Assembly (NCBI GenBank): GCA_040222015.1
Contig: JAVJWO010000195.1
Span: forward strand, 64,001 to 128,000
Reading direction: 5' to 3'
Source: Coleofasciculus chthonoplastes F2-STO-03
Lineage (GTDB): Bacteria > Cyanobacteriota > Cyanobacteriia > Cyanobacteriales > Coleofasciculaceae
DNA: 64,000 nucleotides
The stretch's first letter is position 1. Each line of letters begins with the position of its first letter. The position numbers were made by a program, and so were the translations under genes. This document shows positions 9,865-18,400 of the stretch, piece by piece. The notes beneath the pieces are model-generated. The model ran no database searches, was not told the origin of the DNA, and worked only from the letters and a program-made list of their open reading frames with translations.

Positions 9865-10458
9865 ATGCCCGATCAACTTCTGCAAGCATTAGTCTGGACA
9901 GACTATCGGTTAGCCGTTTTATTTACGGTGTTGATTCCCCTGATCCTAATTGTATGGGCTTTTGTCAAAAAAGCTGATGCCATGGTGCGCCTATTAATTA
10001 TCTACTGGCGCGTGTCCAGTTTACTGGCAATTACGGTTTATATCATGATCGCCTCGTGGCCCATTGGTTTTATATCGGGTTGGCTTGCCCGAGTTTTGAT
10101 TCCCATCTCCCTCTGGTTCTGGGTAGATGTGAATGAGGATATTGAGGATCAACCGACGAATCCGCTCAAACTTACGCTGACGGCTTGGCGCTGGGCAATA
10201 ACTATTTACTGTGGGATTGGTGTCTTGTGGAGTCTTCCGTCTCTGGGATGCGCGTTTACTCCAGAAGCTTTGGAAACATTTGCCTGTAGAGTTTGGCTAG
10301 AACCTCCCTTTCTCTTTAAACAATATTTCCATCCTGAGTCTTCTCCTCAATTTTTGGGTTTTATTGGAATTGTTGGATTATTGATTTATGTTCTGTACTT
10401 GATCTATTTTGTTTTAATTCGCTTAGGGAAACAGGGACGAATCGCGATGGAACAGTAG
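9865..10458 (+). CDS. DUF3177-like membrane protein
   Basis: VWTDYRLAVLFTV...YWRVSSLLAIT conserved cyanobacterial pattern. Confidence 0.85.
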   Translation: MPDQLLQALVWTDYRLAVLFTVLIPLILIVWAFVKKADAMVRLLIIYWRVSSLLAITVYIMIASWPIGFISGWLARVLIPISLWFWVDVNEDIEDQPTNPLKLTLTAWRWAITIYCGIGVLWSLPSLGCAFTPEALETFACRVWLEPPFLFKQYFHPESSPQFLGFIGIVGLLIYVLYLIYFVLIRLGKQGRIAMEQ

Positions 10459-10467
10459 CCAGAAACT

Positions 10468-10703
10468 GGGGAAGATGAAGGAGATGGGGAAGATGAGGGA
10501 GATGGGGAAGATGAGGGAGATGGGGAAGATGAGGGAGAGATTTTCCAATCAACAAATGACAAATGACAAATGACAAATGACAAATGACAAATGACAAATG
10601 ACAAATGACAAATGACAAATGACGAATGACAAATGACAAATGACGAATGACAAATGACAAATGACAAATGACAAATGACAAATGACGAATGACGAATGAC
10701 AAA
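10468..10703. repeat. 9-mer (GATGGGGAA/GATGAGGGA) array followed by an STRR heptamer (CAAATGA)n array
   Basis: Directly visible tandem repeats. Confidence 0.95.
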
Positions 10704-10716
10704 TTACCAGTCAACC

Positions 10717-11022
10717 ATGAACCAAGGAACTTCTATTGGACAGCGTTTAGAACAATACACAATTAAGTATCCTCAAGAAGTCTTACTCGTTACCGCTCAA
10801 ATTGCTGGCGAAGAGGATCAGATTGCTATTTACAAGGGGTTTTCTAGTTCGTTGATGCGTCCAACGGCTTTCGATCCGGATGTGCCTGTCATACCACCCG
10901 AAGCAGAAATTGTTAAAATTGATCGCGTCGCTAGTCCATATAATCCGGATGCACCTCGTTACATTCAGCAGGGGTTAACTTGGGAAGCGATTCAGCCCTT
11001 GTTGGTAGATGCTGGTGTTTAA
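10717..11022 (+). CDS. Conserved cyanobacterial hypothetical protein
   Basis: RLEQYT...YKGFSSSLMRPTAFDPD...PYNP motif. Confidence 0.85.
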   Translation: MNQGTSIGQRLEQYTIKYPQEVLLVTAQIAGEEDQIAIYKGFSSSLMRPTAFDPDVPVIPPEAEIVKIDRVASPYNPDAPRYIQQGLTWEAIQPLLVDAGV

Positions 11023-11226
11023 AATTAAGCCTTACCAACTGGCTTGGGTTTTAACTCAAGGATCAACGCGAAAGTCAGCTCAAACATACGGTTTATTGAA
11101 TCAGAACAACGAGTCTTTTGTCAACTCAGTTCTAGGGTAATCAATACAAAATGCTATTAGTTAACACGACGCTTCGCGTACAGTGAGAAGTAGTTCACAT
11201 GCTGATCAAACGGAGTTGACCGAGTT

Positions 11227-12594
11227 ATGAGTTACGATTTTAATCTGTTTGTTATTGGTGGCGGTTCAGGCGGAATTGCCACAGCACGACGAGCAGCACA
11301 ATATGGGGCAAAGGTAGGAGTAGCCGAATTCAGCCGCTTGGGAGGAACCTGTGTGAATCGCGGCTGTATTCCCAAAAAACTGATGGTTTATGCCTCTCAT
11401 TTTCCGGAGGTGTTTGAAGAGGCGCAAGGGTATGGCTGGAGTCCTGTACAAAGCACTCTCGACTGGCATAAAATGATCGAGGCGGTGCAAAAGGAACTCG
11501 AACGCCTCAATGGAGTTTACCTGCGGATGTTGGATAATTCCGAAGTGCAACTGTTTCGGGGTTATGCCAAATTTGTTGACCCTCATACGTTAGAGATTTT
11601 TGAGTCTCCCAATAGCAGTACGGCGTCACAGAGAGTGAGTGCGGACAAAATTTTGATTGCCGTGGGCGGACATCCGGTTACGCCCAATATTCCGGGTATA
11701 GAACATGCGATTATCTCCGATGATATGTTCCTCCTCAAGGAGCAACCGAAGCGAGTCGTGATTCTCGGTGGTGGCTACATTGGTGTGGAATTTGCCTGTA
11801 TTATGCATGGCTTGGGTTCTGAGGTAACTCAGATTATCCGCAAAGAAAAGATTTTGCGGGGGTTTGATGACGATATTCGCACTCAAATCCAGGAGGGAAT
11901 GCAGCAACACGGTGTCCGGATTTTGGAGGGTAGCGTACCGACAGCGATTGAAAAAACAGAAGATGGATTAAAGGTTACAGTCTGTGGCAAGTATGAGGAA
12001 ACGGTAATTGGAGATATCTTTCTCGCTGCTACGGGGCGCAAGCCGAATCTCCAGAATCTAGGGCTGGATAAGGCTGGAGTCGATCTCTGTCAAGATGCGA
12101 TCGCGGTGGATGAGTATAGCCGTACTTCTCAACCTCATATCTATGCGGTTGGGGATTGCACAGATCGGATTAATTTGACGCCAGTTGCGATTAACGAAGG
12201 GCGTGCCTTTGCCGATACAGAATTTGGCGGCAAATCTCGGGTGATGAGTTATGAAAATGTCCCCTCGGCAGTATTTAGTACCCCAGAAGCGGCAACGGTG
12301 GGGTTAACCGAAGCTCAAGCCAGGGAAAAGCATGGCGATGCGGTGAAAGTCTATCGCGCCCGTTTCCGCCCCTTGTACCACACTCTCACGGGTCGAGAGG
12401 AACGGGTTATCGTCAAGTTAGTGGTTGACGAAACCACGGATAAAGTGTTAGGAGCGCACATGGTTGGAGCATCAGCGGCTGAGATTATTCAGGGCGTTGC
12501 GATCGCTGTGAAAATGGGAGCGAAAAAAGCCGATTTTGATGCTACCGTTGGTATTCATCCCTCGACCTCTGAGGAGTTTGTTACCTTGCGGTGA
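11227..12594 (+). CDS. gor: Glutathione-disulfide reductase
   Basis: GGGSGG, GGTCVNRGCIPKK redox motif, GGGYIGVE, IHPSTSEE. Confidence 0.97.
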   Translation: MSYDFNLFVIGGGSGGIATARRAAQYGAKVGVAEFSRLGGTCVNRGCIPKKLMVYASHFPEVFEEAQGYGWSPVQSTLDWHKMIEAVQKELERLNGVYLRMLDNSEVQLFRGYAKFVDPHTLEIFESPNSSTASQRVSADKILIAVGGHPVTPNIPGIEHAIISDDMFLLKEQPKRVVILGGGYIGVEFACIMHGLGSEVTQIIRKEKILRGFDDDIRTQIQEGMQQHGVRILEGSVPTAIEKTEDGLKVTVCGKYEETVIGDIFLAATGRKPNLQNLGLDKAGVDLCQDAIAVDEYSRTSQPHIYAVGDCTDRINLTPVAINEGRAFADTEFGGKSRVMSYENVPSAVFSTPEAATVGLTEAQAREKHGDAVKVYRARFRPLYHTLTGREERVIVKLVVDETTDKVLGAHMVGASAAEIIQGVAIAVKMGAKKADFDATVGIHPSTSEEFVTLR

Positions 12595-12608
12595 ACTCCC
12601 TGCACTCC

Positions 12609-12711
12609 CAATACTGTTCGATTAAGGAGAGCAGGGGAAGCAGGGGAAGCAGGGGGAGCAGGGGGAGCAGGGGGAGAATAAATGCAATTAAAGCTTGTCC
12701 GAGCAGTATTG
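12609..12711. mobile_element. 103-bp MITE with CAATACTG inverted ends and a 10-bp target-site duplication
   Basis: CCTGCACTCC flanks both sides (12599-12608, 12712-12721); internal GCAGGGG(G/A)A repeats. Confidence 0.85.
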
Positions 12712-12898
12712 CCTGCACTCCTCTATGAGTGAGTGCAGGCTTCCTACCCAACAGAATGCTTAATCGTGGATTTCTTGCGTCCTCCGCGATTAATTCTTAA
12801 GTCGTCTTTAGACGACTTTTGCTTTTAGCCTTGGGTTTGAACCCAAGGCGATTGGTGAGACTTGGACTGTTAGAAAGCTGAGAGTAATAAATCAAATT

Positions 12899-13453
12899 AT
12901 GAACCACAAGCGTCTAATTACTACCATTTTCCTGATGCTACTCTCACCTGTGGCTACAGTTAACGTCAACGCTGTAGCCACAGCAGCAACCCATCTCCAG
13001 AAAGATGCAGATACAGTACGCCAATTGCTAGAAACCAATAGCTGTATGGGGTGTGATTTACGAGAGGTAAATCTAGAAGACGCTCAACTCAAAGGAGCCA
13101 ACCTGCGAGGTGCTAATCTCCGGTTGGCTCAATTAAGCGGTATTGAACTCAGCCGTGCTGACCTTGTTAATGCTATTCTCAGAAATGCCGACTTGATTAA
13201 TGCTTCTCTGGTGGATACCAACCTCAGTAATGCGGACTTGAGAGATACAAACCTGATCGCTAGTTTTCTCACCCGCGCCAATTTGAGTAGCGCTCGATTA
13301 GAGAATGCCAATCTCACCAATGCTTATCTCAAAGGCGCGAACTTACAGGGCGCAAATTTACAGGGGGCTAACCTAGAAGGGGCTGACTGGCGAGATGCTA
13401 TTTTATGCCAGACGACGCTAGCAGATGGTACGATATCAAATCGAGATTGTTGA
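12899..13453 (+). CDS. Secreted pentapeptide-repeat protein
   Basis: Signal peptide, QLLETNSCMGCDL, A(N/D)LxX repeats. Confidence 0.92.
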   Translation: MNHKRLITTIFLMLLSPVATVNVNAVATAATHLQKDADTVRQLLETNSCMGCDLREVNLEDAQLKGANLRGANLRLAQLSGIELSRADLVNAILRNADLINASLVDTNLSNADLRDTNLIASFLTRANLSSARLENANLTNAYLKGANLQGANLQGANLEGADWRDAILCQTTLADGTISNRDC

Positions 13454-13492
13454 TTGGTCATTTGTCATTTGTCATTTGTCATTTGTCAAGTC

Positions 13493-13552
13493 GGGGCGGG
13501 TTTAGTTACATCTAGGTGTAACCGAAAAGATAGTAGTGAAACCCGCCCCTAC
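13493..13552. repeat. REP-like palindrome GTAGGGGCGGGTTT...AAACCCGCCC (related copies 24049-24108, 50231-50298, 58357-58417)
   Basis: Shared inverted arms with a GTAG foot; all copies intergenic. Confidence 0.85.
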
Positions 13553-13627
13553 ACAATCTCCCCCATCTGACACACCGAGCGAAGTCGAGGTGTTCCCCAT
13601 CTTCCCCATCTTCCCCTTCCCCATTGC

Positions 13628-14506
13628 CTAAAACAATTCTGGACGTGCCTCAACCGATGGAGTATTATCCGTCACCACGCAATTTGGAGCGGCTACTGTG
13701 CCATCAGGAAGCATTGTTCGGCATAACTGCGCTCCCTGCAAATTGACACCTGTTGCTCCCCGCAAATCAGTTTCAATGAGTTTTGCTCCTGTCAAGTTCG
13801 CGCCGCTTAAATCAGCTTCACTGAGATTTGCCCCATTGAAATTGACATTGGTTAAGTCTGCTAATGTCAAATTGGCTCGGAAAAGATTCGTATTGCTTAA
13901 ATCAGCACCTGTCATTCTCGCCGAGCTAAAATTTCCCAAACTCAGAGTTGATCCACTCAAATTTGCCCCGTATAAAATGACATAAGAGGCAAACGTACCA
14001 TCTAAACTAGCACCAACGATTTGAGCGCCACTCAAATTGGTATCGTACAACCGAGCGCCGCGAAAATTAGCATTAGCTAAAATGGCACGAGTCAAGTTAG
14101 CATAATCTAACTTGGCATTGCTCAGATTTGCTCCTGTAAGATTGGCGGGAACTTCTGTGACAATTGCCCGATCCACCGATGTTTTAGGACTAAAGTTGGC
14201 AGCGCTGAGATCAACACCTCCTAAATTGGCTCCTCTGAGGTCAGCCGATCGCAAATCACAACCGACTAAACTTGGTCGATTTTGCCTCGGCAAAACATAC
14301 GCTTGTTCAAGACGCCTGTCGTATTCAGTTCTTTCACTCAAATTGGCACCGGGAGCTTGTCTGGCTCGCTGACATTGTTGTTGAAAGTCTTGCTCAAAGT
14401 CCTCTCGAAACTGGGCGTTAGCTGGTAGTGTCGAAACACCAAAACCCAGGGCTAGGTAAAATCCTAGGATTTTGATTATTGGCCGAAACAGGGGATGTTT
14501 ATTCAC
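13628..14506 (-). CDS. Secreted pentapeptide-repeat protein
   Basis: Signal peptide ending PANA; long ANLxx repeat tract. Confidence 0.9.
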   Translation of the reverse strand: MNKHPLFRPIIKILGFYLALGFGVSTLPANAQFREDFEQDFQQQCQRARQAPGANLSERTEYDRRLEQAYVLPRQNRPSLVGCDLRSADLRGANLGGVDLSAANFSPKTSVDRAIVTEVPANLTGANLSNAKLDYANLTRAILANANFRGARLYDTNLSGAQIVGASLDGTFASYVILYGANLSGSTLSLGNFSSARMTGADLSNTNLFRANLTLADLTNVNFNGANLSEADLSGANLTGAKLIETDLRGATGVNLQGAQLCRTMLPDGTVAAPNCVVTDNTPSVEARPELF

Positions 14507-14538
14507 GACTCTTCAGTCACTACTAACGTTTAATTATA

Positions 14539-15847
14539 GTAAACTACCCCACGCATAGAATGCGGGGGCTTTCGGTAGCCCTAGAATTGATCGGACAAGC
14601 CAACAATTCTGAGCCTCTGGGCTGGTTTACACTCAACCCCACTAAAGCAATCATTTTTGAGCCATTATCATCTGCATCGCCAGTCCATCCACATCGGCTA
14701 TTGCTGCATTGAAAAGACTTATTGCTTCTTAGTCCTATATGTAGACAGCAATGACACGTTTGACTGGTATAAGCTGGATTAACTGCTAATACCTCAACTC
14801 CTTCTTTGATTCCCTTGTATTCAAGGAAAGTCCTTAGTTGGTAGAAAGCCCAAGAATTAGAGCGTCTGCGCTCAGTTTTATTTCTTGGTTTTTGGTTGGT
14901 TCGTTCTCGAATTCCCGTTAAATCTTCAAGGCTTACGAAGGATTGAGTTGTTTTGGCTTCAGTTATGATAGATGAGCTTATATTGTGGTTTAGCCATGCC
15001 TGATACCTTCTCTCTCGACCCGATAACCGTTTCAAAATCTTTCTAGCTCTACGTCGAGTTGATCTTGTGCCTTGGGACGCTTTTCTTTGAAGAGAAGCTC
15101 GGACTCTGGCGAATTTATCTCTTTTGTCTTGAATCTCTTTTCCTGACCATGATTGCCCTGTGTTAGTTACAGCTATATCTCGTCTACCAAAATCCACACC
15201 GATTACGTTATCAGTCTTAATTGGTTTTGGCGGTTCAGATTTCAATTGGATATGAACATACCAGTTACCATCACGATGTAAACATACTTGAGCCGATGTC
15301 GGCTTTTGTCCTTTCAGTTTACCTCGATGATAATTACTAGCTCTAATTGGCGCAGTTAATCTTTTGCCCGTGGTGCTAATGCTAACCGTCCAATCTTCCT
15401 CAATAAAGCGAAACGTTCTAGCATCACAATCAAAACTGGTTGGTTTAATAGATTTAACCTTTTTCCCTTTTTGCTTTGCTGTTAGACGATTAGCTGCTAC
15501 TCTGGCACAAGCTCTAACCACATGATTAGCTGTTAATCTAAACTGGTATTTTACGTCTTTGTAGCAGCAGGCTTGGATTGAGTTTCTATTGGTAAAATAT
15601 GGATTGACATTTTGATTAATCCAATTACAAGCTGACGCAAAAACCCTAGCTGTATCAAGTAACAATTGCTGCTGTTTGATATCAACTTTCACTTGCACAA
15701 CTAGCGTCAGAACTTGTTTCATGCACAATTCAAACTTCACTCTCTAGATTATAGTATAAAAGCGGATGTCCTCAGCAAGCGTTTTATTTGTTGGCGCGAC
15801 GTTCCTCCCTACATCTGAAGCTGAGGGCTTCCCGTCGCGCATTTTCG
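14539..15847 (-). mobile_element. IS200/IS605-family tnpB-only (IS1341-like) element
   Basis: Right end AAAG-hairpin-TAGT-TTAC; left end TCAC|16 nt-GAAG-hairpin, consistent with IS608-type guide/cleavage pairing. Confidence 0.8.
14544..15722 (-). CDS. tnpB: RNA-guided endonuclease TnpB
   Basis: RuvC D (GVDFG), E (SLEDL), D (DADDNG); zinc ribbon CHCC..CSNSRC. Confidence 0.93.
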   Translation of the reverse strand: MKQVLTLVVQVKVDIKQQQLLLDTARVFASACNWINQNVNPYFTNRNSIQACCYKDVKYQFRLTANHVVRACARVAANRLTAKQKGKKVKSIKPTSFDCDARTFRFIEEDWTVSISTTGKRLTAPIRASNYHRGKLKGQKPTSAQVCLHRDGNWYVHIQLKSEPPKPIKTDNVIGVDFGRRDIAVTNTGQSWSGKEIQDKRDKFARVRASLQRKASQGTRSTRRRARKILKRLSGRERRYQAWLNHNISSSIITEAKTTQSFVSLEDLTGIRERTNQKPRNKTERRRSNSWAFYQLRTFLEYKGIKEGVEVLAVNPAYTSQTCHCCLHIGLRSNKSFQCSNSRCGWTGDADDNGSKMIALVGLSVNQPRGSELLACPINSRATESPRILCVG

Positions 15848-16044
15848 GTGAATCATAATGCGACTCAGACCGCATCTCATTTGAGATTTTAGATCTTAGC
15901 AGCTTAACTGAGCCTCTTTTGTCAATAGTGTGATAACAAAAATTTATTGACTGAGTTTTACTATCAAATGATAGATGATATTGAGTCTTTGTTCTTTTAG
16001 AGTAGAAGTGACAACCACCACAATGTATAAAAATTAACTGAAAT

Positions 16045-16806
16045 ATGACAGCACAGCGGAAAAATAGTTCATTTACAGACCATATCAGTAACGCGATCGC
16101 AACAACCACTCAAGTCGCCACGTTTGCCACTCAGTTGGCGACTAAAGCCACGCAATCGGCGGCTGATACCATTACCAGCACAAGCAAGGCTGTAGGAGAA
16201 GTTGTTCGCCCTGCGGCTGTGCGATTCCTAGAACCAGGAACGGAAACGGTGGGCAAAATCGTGGCACCGATCGCAGAACACCCGTTGACTAAATATGCTG
16301 CTAAAGTACCAGGGATTAACTTACTTGTTGCTGCACTGGGTCAAGTGGATTTGGAGCAAGCTCAAAAAGACGTAGACAAGCTGCGACAGGAGTACCCGTT
16401 TGACACCTCGGAACAGCTTGCTCATCGGATTATGGTGGATACAGCAATCCAAGGAGGTAGGCTGGGATTAATCACCAACTTTATCCCCCCTTTAGCGCTA
16501 GCTTTATTTGGGATTGAGCTAGCGGCGGTTACAGCACTCCAAGCACAGATGGTTTATCGCATTGCGGCGGCTTATGGATTTTCGCTAAAAGAGCCAACGC
16601 GACGCGGTGAAGTTCTAGCAATTTTTGGCTTATCTGTAGGGGGTTCCGGAGTTCTTAAAGGGGGTTTAAGTTTTGTCGAAATTTTGCCAGTCATTGGCGC
16701 AGCCGTGGGAGCTTCTAGTAATGCAGCTCTCATTTATTCCCTCGGATTCGTTGCCAGTCAGTTTTATGAAGAAAAAAGAAACACCTTGACTCGATATCAT
16801 GAATAG
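16045..16806 (+). CDS. EcsC/DUF697-like hypothetical protein
   Basis: ALQAQMVYRIAAAYG and PVIGAAVGASSNA motifs. Confidence 0.7.
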   Translation: MTAQRKNSSFTDHISNAIATTTQVATFATQLATKATQSAADTITSTSKAVGEVVRPAAVRFLEPGTETVGKIVAPIAEHPLTKYAAKVPGINLLVAALGQVDLEQAQKDVDKLRQEYPFDTSEQLAHRIMVDTAIQGGRLGLITNFIPPLALALFGIELAAVTALQAQMVYRIAAAYGFSLKEPTRRGEVLAIFGLSVGGSGVLKGGLSFVEILPVIGAAVGASSNAALIYSLGFVASQFYEEKRNTLTRYHE

Positions 16807-17279
16807 CTACATTCCCCCAGCGCCGCCCCTACAATTGACTCATTACTTTTTTTATCGCTAACTGGGATTACTAGACCGATGCTTTAGTGATCGCTATCAC
16901 TAAAAAGTCCGTTGTTACTACACAGTAGCGGAAATTTAGATCACAACAATTTCCCCTAGAAATTTCTACCCTAGAAGTGAAGCCCACATTTCGATTGACG
17001 TACGTGCTGTCAATCAGAATGTGGGCGGCTGTCAGGGTTTCAGGGGTGCATCTGCCCTTTCATATTCATTTAGGGTCTTTTTTCAGGCAGGGTGCATCTG
17101 CTTTCTCTAGTTTCGATCAATCATCAGCAAAATGGGTAGAGTTACGATGAAATCTAACCCCCTGAATATAAAAATTTAGTAAAGTTTTATATTTTCCGAC
17201 ATGCTCTCCAAAGCCAGTCCGTCTACGGGGACTCTAGTATATTAAACTATCAGACAATCTCAGTGAGGCAATTGGTGTT

Positions 17280-18281
17280 TTGAGAACCCTTTACTTTTTA
17301 GTCCCTGGAACTTATGGCAAGTTTGCTTGCGGCGGTCTTTGGGCGGAGTTGAAAACCCTGAGTCTGGCAAAGCAGGTTTGCCCTGCGGAGGTGGTCACCT
17401 ATCGTCAACGGGAAAAGAATACGCTGTTCCTAGATGATTTGCTCAAAAAACAGGATTTAAATAATGTTATTTTTGTGGTCAGTTGGGGATTTGATAGCCC
17501 CAAACTTGTAGCAAAGTTAAAGTTATATCCGGTTATTTACCATGCCCATAGTGCTGGGTATCGATTTCAACTTCCGGCGCGTATCCCTATTATTACCGTT
17601 AGTCGCAATACTATGGGATATTGGGGACAGAGATCGCCTAATTCTTTAATTTACTATTTACCCAATCATATTTCGGAAGAATTTCAGAACTTCAATCGAG
17701 AACGGGATATTGATGTGTTAGTTCAGGCGCGGAAATCGTCTGAGTATTTACTCCAGGATTTGATACCAGAGTTACAGAAGCATTGTCGCGTTAAAGTTGT
17801 TGATTCCTACGTCGAGGATTTAGTGGGACTCTTCAATCGGGCTAAAGTTTATTTGTATGATTCGGCTGAGTATTGGGCGCAACAGGGGGTAAGTGAAGGC
17901 TTTGGGCTGCAACCAATGGAAGCCCTTGCTTGTGGCTGTCAGGTTTTTTCGAGTGTGAATGGGGGATTATCGGATTATTTAGATCCGGGGTTTAATTGCT
18001 ATAAAATTGCGGTATATTCTCAAGAGTATGATATTAAACGCATTCTCAGAGTTATAGAAAATCCGTCACTCAAGCCTTTAGATGAACATTTTTTGGCGGA
18101 ATATCGGTATAACAATATTATCCATCGCCTGAAAATAATTTTAGCGGATGTCAATGATTTTTTTGATTTAAGCCAAAATAAACCGGGGAGTATTCCCCGT
18201 TTAACAAAGATACGGTTAGCTAAATTAATGACCCAGAGTTTTTTTGATAAGCTGCGACAAAAATATATCCTTAAAAAATAA
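17280..18281 (+). CDS. GT4-type glycosyltransferase
   Basis: EGFGLQPMEALACG motif. Confidence 0.88.
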   Translation: MRTLYFLVPGTYGKFACGGLWAELKTLSLAKQVCPAEVVTYRQREKNTLFLDDLLKKQDLNNVIFVVSWGFDSPKLVAKLKLYPVIYHAHSAGYRFQLPARIPIITVSRNTMGYWGQRSPNSLIYYLPNHISEEFQNFNRERDIDVLVQARKSSEYLLQDLIPELQKHCRVKVVDSYVEDLVGLFNRAKVYLYDSAEYWAQQGVSEGFGLQPMEALACGCQVFSSVNGGLSDYLDPGFNCYKIAVYSQEYDIKRILRVIENPSLKPLDEHFLAEYRYNNIIHRLKIILADVNDFFDLSQNKPGSIPRLTKIRLAKLMTQSFFDKLRQKYILKK

Positions 18282-18400
18282 ATTTTTCTCAACAGATGGC
18301 AGCCAATAAGTAGCTTGGTGAAAATAAACCGAACGAGGTTAGGTTCTGTAAATGTTCCTCAAACCTTGACAAATGACAAATGACAAATGACAAATGACTA

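Noticed and set aside
10361..10714. ORFs with HLSFVIC/PHL repeats (also 7495-7677, 23830-24027, 41404-41634)
   Set aside because: Translations of STRR and 9-mer arrays, not credible proteins.
15744..16109. 121-aa minus-strand ORF
   Set aside because: Spans the IS left end and overlaps the opposite-strand gene; no recognisable motif.
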